Shown piece by piece: positions 29,645 to 43,447 of a stretch of DNA of 64,000 bases. The stretch is from NCBI RefSeq assembly GCF_009914755.1, contig NC_060929.1; one strand, written 5' to 3'. The DNA comes from the human T2T-CHM13v2.0 reference genome, Homo sapiens. The notes under the pieces are model-generated. The model was not told the origin of the DNA. It was given only the letters and a program-made list of their open reading frames with translations, and ran no database searches. The position numbers and the translations under genes are program-made. The stretch's first letter is position 1. Every line of letters starts with the position of its first letter.

Positions 29645-30889
29645 AGATGCAGATGTCTTCTTTGTAAGAAGACAGAGAAGCAATTTTTTTTAGAGAGAGA
29701 TTATTTTTGAATGCCATAAATTGGTAAATATTAATCCCTAAAAGAATAAAATATAGGACTCAGTATTTCCTTGTTAGCCTAAATAAATGACATATTAATC
29801 TAGTTTGTTAGCTAAACATAGCAAACTCTACTATTCATTCAAATTTCAGCTTGAATCTTGCCCTTCTGAATCCCAAGTGAATATGCTCTCTTTAGTGAAT
29901 TTGCATATTCATATATTTATTTTTCCTTCTCATGATAATTAACGTATTTCGCATTTACTAGTTACTGCTAGACATTAATCTTGTCCTGAATAAGATTTGA
30001 ATTTTCATTTATCTTTCTTCATTTTTAGATACTTTTGCCTAGTATATATGTAAATAATATTGGTTAGATGACTAGAGAGATGATCTCATCATCATATTCC
30101 AGTAGTAATTTATTACTTGCTTTCTAAGCAAAAATCTTTGCCCATATATCCAGAATGTTGTTTTTTGATGCTTTCACATTTCCTATAGCTACCTATGGGA
30201 TTGTAGTTTGTATTTTGATTTATGATTTGCATCTTGAAATTTGGATGTTATGAATAAAAAATTTGAAAACAAGGACTCTCTTCTCTATTTTCTTCACTTT
30301 CATATTTATTCAGTAGAGCAGAGATTCTTAATTTGCATGTAAAACTATAAGACATTAATTTCAATATCGTTAAATAGGGAGGAATAACAATAAACATATA
30401 TTTATGATCTGGAATAGTTGAGTTTATTGTTATTCAGTTTGAATATGCAGCTAAAGAAGCAAGATTATAAATAAGTGGTTTCCATAGATAGCATGTTTAG
30501 ACTTATTTGCATTAAGATTTCTATGTCATCAGCATAGGAAAGATGCTGAGAGCTATAATAAATTTGAAATTTTTTTCCGATTACAGTTTTTACTTTGCAT
30601 GTTCATTTTGTTACAGTTTAAGGTACTGTTTTCTTTTTCCTTTTATTGCAAGTGATGCGTATCTTTTTTTACTTGATAACAACACTTTAAAATTTCTCTG
30701 ATATCATACTTGATTATTGCATTGCCATGAAGTTAAGTGGTGTTGAGTGTTTAAGCATATTTGATACTGAATATATTTTCAGACAAACCTTAGAAAATTC
30801 CTAACCCAAAGGACTCTGAATGGACTAAGTTAGTTTTATGACAAGAGATGATGATTTAATGAAGTTAGAAGGCTTTTCTGGGACCCCAC

Positions 30890-31080
30890 CAGTAGAATTT
30901 TCCCTCCCTTAAGAAAGCTTCTTTCCATTCCCGGCACACTTAGCACATCTTCCTATCATGGTCCTGATGCTCTTTGTGGGCTTTACAGGATTCTTTCTCT
31001 CCCTGTTTGACGTTGTCCACAGAAGGGCTGGTAGAGTTTGGCATGAAGCAGACATTCACTTAATGTGGTTGAATGAATAA
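30890..31080 (+). mobile_element. L2 3' fragment
   Basis: Ends ggcatgaagcagacattcacttaatgtggttgaatgaat, the L2 3' terminus pattern. Confidence 0.5.
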
Positions 31081-32649
31081 AGATTGAGCTTATAAAGTTT
31101 GGAAGATCTTTGAAGGTTTTTGGCCAAAAATGACATGGTGAATACAATGTCTCCAAAATATTTATTTCCTGATACTCTTTAAAATGGTCATTGAGGTTGG
31201 GATTTTGTCACTGGGTATACTTTTTAATAAATAACTTCAAGGATTAATGTGTTTTCTTGTGAAATGACTTGGGAAATTTAAATTTTTATCATTTAAAAAA
31301 GACAACTGTAGTATGATGAGCCAGTCATCATGCTACATTTTGGTCATTTTACTTAAATACGTGAGAAAACGGAAATTACAAAAAAGATTATTAAACTCCA
31401 ACTTTGATTTTAATTAGATTTATTTGTTTTAAAGTTTTAAGACTCTCAATGTAATAATCTCTGATAATTTGGTAAATATGAAGCTTTGTATCAACATCTT
31501 TTTAGGAAATCATTTGTTTTATATATGAAATATTTTTTAAAAAAATAATGCATGCCATTGTTTAAAAAGTAAACTAGTTTTTATTTTTCCTGCAAAATTA
31601 ACAGATTTTTGTGAAACATTTTATATGTACCCTACTCCAAATAATAACATAAATAAGAAAGGGCATTATAAAAGACTGCCCTTGTAATTATTTTACTTTG
31701 TGCCTAGTGTTCGTAGTTATCAAATTATAATTTATTTTCCAAGTTACTCTGAAAGCCGTGTCCACCAGTGGATATGATCAAACCAGTAGACAATTTCCGC
31801 AGTATGTTCTGAGTTGAAATTCTTCCCAGAGTGACTTGAATTGGAATGTTTGGTTGATTGCGGCAAGTCTGACTTGCTTTTCACCATAAATGGTACAGAC
31901 ATGAGTTTTCAGAAAACGGGCAATGGAAATTACAGCTAATGCATGGAACACACCAAAAGGGGTAATTGCTTCCTTCCTTCCCTCTTTAAATTCAGTATTT
32001 CTGACATTGCTAACGTTGCTCAAAATGCTTACTTTTCTAATTGCAACATATAAAGTCAGTAAAAGCAGGGAAGGTATGTAACAGTGATGAAAAGGGTTTG
32101 AATTGAGACAGAATAAAATGTGTGTTCATATTGGCCTATTATTTCTTAAAATAGTTTTATGTGAAATAGCAATATACAGAGAATTATTCCTTGAATTGTG
32201 TGAACTTTTCAAATTGAACTCTCATTTGAGAAAAATAGTTTAGACCACTTACTGCCCCCTTTTAAGAAATGATAATCAGTGATGATCATCCATTTCTTTT
32301 TATATCTGAGCATACTGTACACAGTATGCACTTAGCCCTAGAAGTTTTTCTCTGATACCCAAAAGTTCTAAACTGCTCCAGGCTTTCCACACCTTTTGTT
32401 TCTGATTTTAAACACTACCTCAGATAACCCCTTCTCTGATCACACATTTTTTTTTCTTTGAGCATAATTATTCAACGATTCCCTCCTTTTCTCTCCATTA
32501 GCCTCTTTCTTCCTTTCTGATCCAGGATGGTCCACAATTTGAGTAACCTTTAAGCATTAATTTGTTTATGAAATTACAACCTGACATAAACTTGTGCAAC
32601 AGCTGTACTTTTTTCCCTCTAGTCAATAAACTTTTTTAAAAAAACTTTC

Positions 32650-33620
32650 AATAACTATTTCAGATCTTCTCTATTCTCATGCTTTTTATTACTCACCTCA
32701 TTTTCTACAGGTGACTCTACTCCTTCCATCCAGAAGAAAATAAAAGTCATTTGGGAACTCTCATATTCTCTCAGCCCAAACCAGGAAACTATCCATACCT
32801 GCAGCCAATCTTTCAACTTTGTCCCTAAGTTACATACATAACAGGGGTCCTACTCATCTCATACCAATCCCTGCTTCTGGGTTTTGTTTCCTGTATCCCC
32901 AACCCTCTCAGAAAATTTTCATTATGAATTATTTTCTCCTCTCTTCGGTACCAACTATTGCATCTCAAAAGAATCATTCCAATCAAGACTCAGACTCAAC
33001 ACTACTATGGCTGAACGCATAACCTTCAGCATCAAGCCTTGTCTTTTCTTCTCTAATCTCAGCAAATGGTACCACCACCAAGCCAATTGAACAGAAACCT
33101 AAGTCATTCATGAGATCTCCTCCTCTCTCCCTGAATTCAATCTGTCCCCAAGTCTTGTTGCTATTGCCTCCTAAATATCTCCTTTAAATCCACTTGTTTT
33201 CCTCTCTCCTCTTAACACCCTCATCTAGGCTGGCATCATCTGTTTCCAGAGACACTGCACAAACTTCCTAATGCATCAAGATTGTTCTCTGATTTGCAGC
33301 TGTATTTATCTTTTCTGATTGTAAATATGACCTGTCACTGCCCTGCTTAAAACTATTTAGTTGTTTCCCATAAAACACAATATAAAGACCACACTCCTTT
33401 CTGTAGCCCATGAGATCCTGCATGGTCTGACACCTGTGTGCTTTTGCAGCTCTGTCTCATGCTCTCTGCTCTCTGCTCTCCAACCACCACAGCCTTCTCT
33501 AGTCAAGCAGAGAAATCCTGCTTCCTCCTCTTTGATGGTGACATCAAGTCTCTGGACTCTGGCTTTTTTTGTACATATTAACTTGATGGCTGAATTCCGG
33601 CTTCAAGGATTGCATTCAAA
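32650..33620 (+). mobile_element. L2 LINE fragments
   Basis: caagtcttgttgctattgcctcctaaatatctc, tgtcactgccctgcttaaaac and gatcctgcatggtctg are typical L2 ORF2/3' segments. Confidence 0.7.
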
Positions 33621-34646
33621 TGATAACTCCAGCAGAAAGAGCAGAATTATCATCCAGAAGAGCCAGTTGACTCTATGAGAGGTTAGAACACATGGGTTGT
33701 GATGTAGGCTGCACCTAACTTTGGTATTGATAGCCCATTCTGGAACAGCCAACTTGGGGGTCTTTGCGGGTTATGTTTTATATTCTGCTCCTGGTGTTCT
33801 AGTAACTTCAGGGTGGTTGCTGGGAGCCTCAAAGGTAGATGCCAGGGTTTCAGCTCCAGTGGTAAAGCCGGAATAATGAGAATTGACTATAACTTGTAAT
33901 CGGTCTAGCAAAACTATGGTGGAATGGGGAGAGAGGGCCTCTATACTGAGCCTAGATCTAGAATGCTATTGATTATTGAAGAGAGATGTGTACACTGTTT
34001 TATTTCCCAGGCTTGGAAAGTGGATAATAGCTATTACAGATATGTTACATCTCTATAGTCTTTTGATGTTTAGGAAACTATTTTCATCTACTACCTTGGT
34101 TGATAGCTTACTTGATTGTTAGGGTAGGCATGAGAAACATTTTTCAATTTCTTTTTGTATAAATGAAAAAGCTAAGAGAAGGGTTATGACTTGCCCACGA
34201 CACTTGAGTGTCAGAGTCCAGCATGAGCAGCTCCTTGTTCTGATTTCTGTGCTTCCCCTCATGGGACTGGTATAACATTTAACACTATTCTGGTCACGGT
34301 GTGTACTATTAACATATGAGTGAAGTGTGATGCAGTGGGAAAATGACTAGCAGATGACACTATGGAGTCAGTTTTCAGCTGCTTTTCACAGTGCAGCCCT
34401 CTATTCAGCAGTTAAATCGACCTATTTTTAGTTGTGTTTGGGACAAAGCCCAGAGCTGTACTTTACAGAGTCTACAACCTCCTGTTGGGTGTTATTGCCC
34501 TTAGTCATCATTTGAATGTTTCTTATGTCATCTGACTCAGAAAGTCCACATTTTCATTTTCTTCCACAGAATTGGTTTGGCTAATCTTGGGTCCTATATA
34601 ATGTCAGTTTTTTTTTTCCTTTAAGAGTTTGAAAAAACCCCAGGGA

Positions 34647-34757
34647 TGTGTGTGGGCATGTGTGTGCATATATGTATCTGTGTATATATGTGTATGTGTA
34701 TATGTGTAGGTGTGTACATGTATCTATATGTATGTATATCTGTATGTGTGTGCACAT
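34647..34757. repeat. (TG/TA)n degenerate microsatellite
   Basis: Alternating purine-pyrimidine tract. Confidence 0.9.
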
Positions 34758-37189
34758 GTCCTGTAATTCACTTGGGATAATAAATTTCTGAATCATGGTA
34801 GTGCTCACTTTCTCCATCCTCACTGTTTAGGATGGTATATTGCCAGTCAGAAACAGATACAGTGGGCAACCTTTCCCTCAAGCCCATCTGATGGGCATCA
34901 AGGAAGTCTGTGCTGGATGAGAGTGGAATAATGGTTTGCCTCCTTACTCTAGGGCCAGGATTTTATGTGGCTGGAAGTTGTTTTTAGAGAAGAAACTCTG
35001 ATGTACTTTCTGGCTGTGTGATCCTAGACTAACTGACTGAAGGTCTGATTTGACCCTGAATACCCAAGGATACACCTGCTCTTATATACAAATATGTGAG
35101 GAAGAGAAGGTGTATCCTTGGGTAAGGTGGAATTCCCACTCCTACTGCCCTAGCATCTTCTGTTTCATCAGTTGGGCTCTACCTAGCTTGGGAGGGAGAG
35201 GATAGGAGAAGATGAAGAGAAGAGGGTAATTATAAATACCCTCCAGTAAAGAGAAGAAGGTAATTATAATTTTTCCCGAAGCTAGGGGCTAACACAGCCC
35301 AAGTGTGCATTCAGATATAGGACTCCAGTAGCTCTCAATCCATCCCTGTCAATGTTATGTGCCTCTCTTCTATTTGGGATTCCCAGCTGGAAAACAATGC
35401 GCAGTCCTATCTCGTCTTATTTTAACAGCCACTCTTTAACAGTCTGGGATTGAATTATTCAGGGCAATTTTCCCCCTGTGTATATAGCAAATAGTATGTA
35501 GAGAATCTTAATCACTTTAGAAATAATCTTAATTACTGTCATAAGACTGGTTATTAGTAATTCTGGTGTGTTTAAAATTCAAATTAGTATAAAGAGTTTT
35601 TATTCCTCACTGTACAAACTCTGGAGCAATGAAGCTGCTCACAGTGTAAATCTTCTCTTTTCCCCCACTTTTAGAGCTATGACTGAAAACACAAAAGGTT
35701 CTTGATTTTTTCATTCCCCATCTGTTTTCTGTCATTCAAATACCAGTACATTATTTGAAATATAGTTAGTCTGCAGCCACAGTACATAGGTTGAATCATG
35801 TGTAACTTTTCATGTTGACCAATTTAAACTTTACTTTTAATTGAAAAACATTTTCAAGTGCCTCATGACATCAGTTGGAATTTTCTTGGTTTGTGTGTCA
35901 GTGAGGATTTGGATTCACGAGTTTTCCTTCCAGGGGGAAGAGGCAAAGAGGTTAGATGGTGTGGGTGCACGTTATTTTGTGGAAAGAGCTCTGAAATGGG
36001 TGGTAGAAATCTGGTTTTCAGGTCAACTTCTGGGAAACACTGCCATTTGACATTGGGGAAGTGATGTTACCTCTTTAGAACTGAGATTTGTCATCTGGAA
36101 AATTGGCAGAAGTTGCCTAGATATATTCTACCTTACCAGCTTTGAAATCTGTGACACCATCACGTATTACTTTGATTTTATTGCAGAATTTCCAAATTAC
36201 ATTTCCGTATAATACAGTATGATGTGGAGCTGATCAAAAGTTTGCTTTAACTGTCAGTCCTGGTGGTTAAATAAATATTGTACATAGTTCACTTTGTGGA
36301 CTCTTCAATTCTAGTTATCATATGCTATTTTGGTGCTGCAGTGCACCTTGAGGTTACTCCATTTAGATACACTGTTTAATCCAGTGCTTCTGTGAGTCAT
36401 TAAAGAAAGGTTTTCATCGTACCTTTTGTTGAAACGAGATAATTGACAGGTTTCAGAAAGGAACCTGGAATCGTGGGGAGGTTACTAATTTCTAACATAT
36501 AATTGATAAAGGGTAATTGTCTTTTCACATTTGTCAAACTTTTTTTCAGTAATTATTCTTTGCAGCAATAGGAAAGAAATTGTAGAGATGTCTCATTTAA
36601 GGTCACCAGAGATTTTATTTTATATTACAGAATACTGGTTGATCAGCTATTTGCCTGTTGATAAACTTGTTGGTATAAAAACATTTCAGTTAGTGAGATC
36701 AGAGCCTTAAATTCTTGTTTTAAAAGTTGTTACATGAGGAGTAGTTGACTAACTCGTCTCATACTCCACAGATTCTGGGTTCTGTCCATCAGACACATAT
36801 TTTGGTGAGGGGAGCTCTGTACACACATGCAAAGATGTAAAGCTCCATCCTAACTTTTCTGACAACATGCTTTATTCCAGGTGATAGTCTGTATTTGTAT
36901 TATAGGCTGTTAGAGAAAAAGCACCTTTAAAGTATTAGAAATACCAAATGATTTGAGAAGAACAGGTGTTGAAATGTCAAGGAATGTTTGTGTAGTGGAA
37001 GCAAAAGTGTGGAGTATTTTTCTTCTGTTTAATCTGTTGATCCAAATACATTCATCTTTGGCAACTATCCAGTGTCTTGTGCATAACAGGAACTCAGTAA
37101 GTGATTGGCAAGTGAAAATAAGGCCGCATTTTCAGTGCACAGCTCAGCAGGTAGGTAGTGCATTGTGTAAAATTTGCTGCACTGCACAA

Positions 37190-37320
37190 GTGTGAACCTG
37201 GGCTCTCTAACTACTTGCCAGATAACCGTTATCTCTCTGAGCATTTGAGCACTCATCTGAAAATGGGGGCAATGTAAGATCCATGTCATAAGGCTGTTAT
37301 GAGCATTAAATTAGATAATA
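37190..37320 (+). mobile_element. MIR SINE
   Basis: ctctctgagc...ctcatctgaaaatggggg...ggctgttatgagcattaaattagataata MIR core and tail. Confidence 0.7.
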
Positions 37321-39612
37321 TGATGTTAATAAAATGATAAAATTTTTAATGAAAAATAAGTAAATAACAAATACCTTTATTTGTGTCTCATAACATCTCG
37401 GAGGTATGAAAATTGAAAGATTCCCAAGACATACTCATCAAATCACAGTTTGGAGTTTATAGACCTCTACAAATTTGGCAGATATTCTTTACATGGAACT
37501 TTTGCAGCTCCATGAAAAGTTCTGCTTTTATCCAGTGTCTGCTCGAAGGAAAGACTCTCACCTACTGTTTGTGTATCAGTTTTCCTAAAGTGGGTTTAGT
37601 TCTTGCCTTGAAAAGGGAATGAAAAAAGTCACTAAGAAGTAACAATAAGAAGGGAACCAATGCCTGACTTTATTTTCTTTCTTGATGATCAAGTTGTCCC
37701 TCCTACAGTACAGATACTGTAAGTAACTTTATACTTAAGGTCAAAGTACTCCTTGTGTAGGGTCTCAACGTGTCTAGTGTTACCTGTGTCTAAAGCAATT
37801 TAAGAAGGCCATCATAAGTGATTTGACCATCTTCTATTTATATAACCAATTTAGAGTGGCAGAGTTGTAACAGAAAAAGATACTCAAAATCCAAAGCCCT
37901 TGTTTAACATCAGAATTCACTCCTTAACTGGCTTCAGTATCTTCATAAAATAAAAATCATGTACCTATCTCATAGACTCTGTAGTTTAATATGCCCATGC
38001 CACATTTATATAGGGTGAGAAAGACTTTGAAGCAGGGAAGATGGAATTAGTTAATGGAGAGCCTTTTTACATGTCTTAAGAGTCAACATTTGATACAAGA
38101 GGAATCAAGTCATGTAAATAAGGACTATTTTCAAATGATTATACTTGATGAAAAGTCTTATGTGGAATACCATTTTAGATATGTGTATATATATGCTTAT
38201 CTTGTTTACTTTTAAATATCATTTTAAGAGAATTAAACACACTTATTTCTGTAAAATTGAAAAGTCATTTCTAACAGTTCCTTTTCCTGCTAAATATGGC
38301 ATTTATTTAAAAGATCTAATATTTACCAGTCGCTGCTATTTGGTTCTCTGAAAACCCTCCTAATTATCTGTGAAAGCCAAATGTGATCTGAGCTTTCTTG
38401 GCAAAAGGATATTGACTTTCATTAAGACTGAATTGCAGTACAGACCTTTAAGCCTTTATCTGCATCTCATTAATTGGCATGTGATTTGGGAGAGTGGCTA
38501 TTAATTATACAGAAGACGGTGAGTGAATAGAAAGGATCATTCAAAGGCAAACTATGCTTAAACCTGACCATGTCCACAGACAGTATATACTTCATCTGGC
38601 AGTCATTAATTTTCCTAAGTGTTTGAAATCAGCCATAGTAAGGGTTTTTAAATGGCACATCTAGAAATAACATTAATGTCTAGATTTTTACAATTTAATT
38701 TCCTGGAAAGTCATTTTTTTAAACTTGCATGAATTTTTGGTTGAAGTGGCAATAAGAGAGTATACATAATATGATAAGCTACAGATCCATTTTTAATAAT
38801 AAAATCTCTCTTCCCCTGACAATAAACTATGGTAGTGTAGTCTTCAAAAAATCCACTAAGTTAAAATAAAGTTTTCAAGTTAAAATAAAGATACAAGAAG
38901 AGACAATCCTCATACCTATCTTTAAGATGTCAGCAAGTAGATTGTGCCTTGTTAAATATATACTGTTGGGGAATCTAAATTATTCTTTCAATTCCATTAG
39001 AGTGATATCTCATAATATACATCGATAAATCCACACATAAGAATAGACCAAAATGAACTTGCAATTAACTTTATGTGAATTCCCTGTTTTCCATTTTATC
39101 TGTGTAGCTAACATTTTTTAAATTTGAACATATATTTTCAAGTTGTCTCTTTTTACAGATGAACACTTAAATCCATCTAATTGTTGCATTGAAAAATCTT
39201 GATCACTTTCAATATTAAATTTATTTTTATTAATGCAATTCAGCAAACATATATTGAATATTGAGTACAAAATGTATTGTTCTACACTAAACCATTTAGA
39301 TGGGGAAGTTGAAACTTGGTACTCTAACATTTAACTTGGGAGAAACAGAGTAGAGGATATTGATTCCACTTTTGATGTGAACAGTGTTTAGTCATCTCAT
39401 CTGACTGGTTTCTCACTAGTTCCTTATGAATTTTGCTGTAACTGTAAAGGACAGGTGTTTCTCACACTTTGATGGGTCAGAAGCAAATGGGAACCAACAG
39501 TTTTGAATGAAGGTTTTTATTAAATGGTAAGCATACTGTTACAAGATCTCCCAGCAAACAGGCCAATGTGTGTTTAAAACACTTTTCTTCTTAAGATTAT
39601 CCAGGCTCAAGG

Positions 39613-39780
39613 CAGTGTTTCCCAAAGTGCAGGTCACCAGTAGTCTACCTGCATCTGAAATATGTGGGGGTATTTGTTAATGCAGACTTCTTGGCTCCAC
39701 TCCACAGTTAACTGAGTCAGAATCTATAGAAGTGGAGCCTGGGAATCTGTATGTAACACATTCCTTGGGGGAATTCTTAA
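39613..39780. mobile_element. MER5 (hAT-Charlie) MITE
   Basis: cagtgtttcccaaagtg...aatgcagact...actgagtcagaatct...ggagcctgggaatctgtat. Confidence 0.8.
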
Positions 39781-40769
39781 TCACTGACTTATTTTTCTGA
39801 CCTTTTAGCTAGAATGGTTAATTTATGTGAAAAATGCTTATGATTAATGGATATCACATTATAGTTAAGTCAGTGTTGTTATGTACTGGTATATATTTTA
39901 CAGCATTACTGTATCTTTCAAAAGAAATATCTGTGGGTCAATGGAAGTAAATTGATGCTGGTATGACAGATCCTTTCCTATTTTCCTATAAAATGATACT
40001 TCAAAAAATTTACTTTACACCTAGACACACACACATGAAGTTAAGAGGTGACATAGCTAGGGTTAAATAAGTTGGTATAAGATTGAGACCACATTTCTGG
40101 AAGCAATGCATATTCCAATATGTTTAAAGTAGTTGATACCACTTCCATTATCAATGTAATGATTTACTCATTAATGTTTAATATTAAGCATTACTTAATG
40201 TAATTAAATAGATCATGTTTTATGATGCATATTTTCTTCAACTAAACATTAGCTAATTGTAGTTAAGGCATTTATATACTGATTGCATGCTAAACACATT
40301 TTCTTGCTTTTTACAGACAATTAATTTGAAATACTGCATGAATATCAGTTATTTGCTTGTGACTGATCTCAAGCCTAAAAAGAAACTCTTTTCATGAAGA
40401 ATTTAATTCAGTTCTTTTTACACTCTTTACAAAGGATATGTGTGTAATTTCAAAGCATATGTAAATGATTTTGCTAGATTGTTTGAAGAAATGGGTAGAA
40501 AAAATACTTTTCTCCCCGATCTTAAATAGGTTTATCTTTAATTCAGTGGCGGAATAATTTTGGTAAGGTTGTCTTAAGTGCCATTTCTACAATAATTGAA
40601 GGGTATCCAGAAATAGAAGCTTGAGAAAAATAGTTTACTTTAATTAATGCAATTAGGCAGTTTCTTTCTGTTGTATCAAAAAGAAAATAAGGAACTTTTC
40701 AACCAAAATACTAGTGAAGCATTATGAACATATTTATTTGTTGAATAAATAAAATGAACTCTGTACTTC

Positions 40770-41145
40770 TTTCAATTTCTCCAAAATTCCAGGCTATTTC
40801 CTGAACTGTGTTCTTGCCACATGCTGTCCCTGCTTATAGAAGGCCCCCCAAATCTGCAAAGCTGCCTCTTTCTCATTCTTTAGTTCCCCACTTGAAGGAG
40901 CTCCTCTCAGATCAGCCTTGCCTTACTACTACATTTAATGTAGATCTCCACGTCAGCCTTTTGTTTGCTTCTTTCGTAAGACTTACTGAAATTATTTTAT
41001 TTGTCTGTTTACTCATTTCTTTTTTGTTTCCCACTGGGCTGTAAGCAACTTGAGATCAGAGAAAATGTTTGTCTTGTAAACATTTGCATCACCAGAGCCT
41101 AGCAGAATGCCTGGCACATAGTAGGTACTCAACATCTTTATTTGT
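40770..41145 (+). mobile_element. L2 3' end
   Basis: gcctagcagaatgcctggcacatagtaggtactcaa. Confidence 0.8.
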
Positions 41146-41212
41146 TCGACTTTAGGGATGGGTAGATGGATGGATGGATGCATGGGTAAATGGGGTGGAC
41201 AGAGGAACAGAT

Positions 41213-41256
<44 letters not shown>

Positions 41257-41264
41257 CAGACAGA
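41213..41264 (+). repeat. Compound tetranucleotide STR (TAGA)11(CAGA)2
   Basis: Counted directly; preceded by (GATG)n at ~41165-41180. Confidence 0.95.
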
Positions 41265-42344
41265 AAGTGCTTTTGAGTTGAAAATGTTTACACAGAGATC
41301 TTAAATGAAGGGCTAGCATGGAATAATGCTTACATTTGATCAGTGGTAAGGAATAGATAAAAGTGTAATCTTATATTTATCTAAAGCATTTGAATGGAAT
41401 AATCAGGCTAAAGAATTTTGTGGATTGGGTTGTTTTTCTGAAATGCTGTATTTCACTTACACTGTTGTGTTTAATTTGATATTGTAGATGCAATTTTCTT
41501 TGTATAACTGCATAATTTTTCTCATACTTATAAAGAAGATATGACTTGTGGGTAAATTTGATTAATAATGCTACCAGCTACTCTAGGCTATAAAACTATG
41601 CTACCAGAAGCCATGCTGCAATTTGAATTTGGTAAATGTCCAAACCTGATGATATGTGTGATAACATTGGGGAAACATGAGTTACTGTTTATAACTCTAA
41701 ATTATTATAGTTAAATATCAATGTAAATGTCTGTACTATGCCAGATAAACATAAGGTTATAGCAGGTCTTTTTCATAAAGCTATGATATTAAGGCTTATT
41801 ATAGTATGTGCCTATAAATGTATGCTCAGCACATTCCTTGGTGTTCTATTTAAAAATATGTGAAACTATTTAGAAGAAAATAGTATATTTGGAATTCAAA
41901 GGACATGTACTGAACAGGATGAGGAGGTTGAAAGTGACAGGTTTTCAGGATTATTCTGTTATCCCATTTGTAATAAGATGGAAGTAACTCTGCATGTATT
42001 TTAATTTTAATAATAATGTAGGGAGTGTACATTTTACATTTGGTATAATTTTATAGTAAAAGATAATAGATATTCAATTAATTAGTCAAAATATAGTAAA
42101 TTATTTTAAGACAGATGCTGTTTTAAAGATATGAAATAATAATAATAAATATGAGGTTGGTTTCTAATTTTATTTCCATGCACTAATTTTATTAAAATTA
42201 ATAAAATAATTTAATCTTTAGCTATGTAATTCTTCAATCATTGGCTAATAAAAGACTTACATCAGAATGCTATGTACTGTTAATTTAATTGCTTAGTACA
42301 TTTTATTAGCAGGTGCTGAAGTAGGCAAGTTTTTAAAATTTCTG

Positions 42345-42460
42345 TCTTCACAGCAACTCTGTAAGTTAGTATCATGACCTCTATTTTACAAATGAGAAAA
42401 TTGTGACTTAGGAAAATTACTTGTCTAATGCTATATTGTTAAAAAGTTTCAGGGTCAAGT
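42345..42460 (-). mobile_element. MIR SINE
   Basis: cacagcaactctgtaagttagt...attttacaaatgagaaaattg. Confidence 0.7.
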
Positions 42461-43408
42461 TTACCTACTTTCAAACCCCTAATGTGTTATATGGTATATC
42501 ACATTGCTTATAAAAAAATAGCTTTAGCCTTGTAAAATAATATTCAGAGACATTATTAATGAGGGCTATATTTTTCATTTAGCCAATCAGCAAGCATTTA
42601 TAGGGAGTGACCAGGCACTGAACTGAGAACTAGAGATAGTCTAAAATTAGACATGAGACTTGTCTCCAAGGCCCTTACTGTTGTAAAGTGAGATTGTTGC
42701 TGGTGGCTGTAAATTTCTACACATGCTTGGATTCTACTGGGAATTCAGCTATGCTATTTTAAACATCTCTTCATCTGCAGCTAATTCAAAAGTGTTGAAG
42801 GGCTGCTTCCCCTAGAGCACTTCTAACTGTGCCTTGTTTAACCAACAATGCACTAAATCATTCTATCAAGAGATAGACTTTCCCTTAAGAATCAGATTAG
42901 AGTTTTGACTGAATTCAGATAGGTAACTTGAACAAAAAGAACTTCAGTGTTAACTGTTATTTACAGATTAAGTCAAAATTATTTAGAATGACTTAAAAAT
43001 TATGACATAACCAGTCCCCAAGTTTAAGAACATTACAAATTATCTCCAGATTTTCCACTCTGTCTAAATGGACCTTAGGGTTGCAGAAAGATAAAAGATG
43101 AAAAATCATGAGTGAGAAGGGGATGACTTGAAGACCCCTAACAGTTATTCCTGGTATGTTTCCCTTCCTGCTTTCTATTTGTAGTATTCTGGGATGCAGT
43201 TATGCAAGCCCAGTTTAGTCCTCTCAGTCACATATAGATATATGTATGTATATGCTATATATGTCTATACATCCTATTATTTTTGTACAATCTAAAATTT
43301 TTGATGTTAATAGCCTTTTTTTTCCCCTAAGTAAAAGTCTTAATGTCTGTTTTAGGGACTCTCCAAGAAATCTGCATCATGAAAACAGCTACTGGCCTGA
43401 TCTCTGCA

Positions 43409-43447
43409 GTGTGTGTGTGTGTGTATGTGTGTGTGGTCTGTGTGTGT
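43409..43447. repeat. (TG)n imperfect microsatellite
   Basis: gtgtgtgtgtgtgtgtatgtgtgtgtgg. Confidence 0.85.

Noticed and set aside
31778-32023. 81-aa minus-strand ORF over the palindrome cluster
   Set aside because: Non-ATG start, no recognisable homology and no clear splice boundaries.
32685-32716. ttttctacag|gtgact as a recursive splice site
   Set aside because: Lies in decayed L2 sequence with a weak donor; expected by chance.
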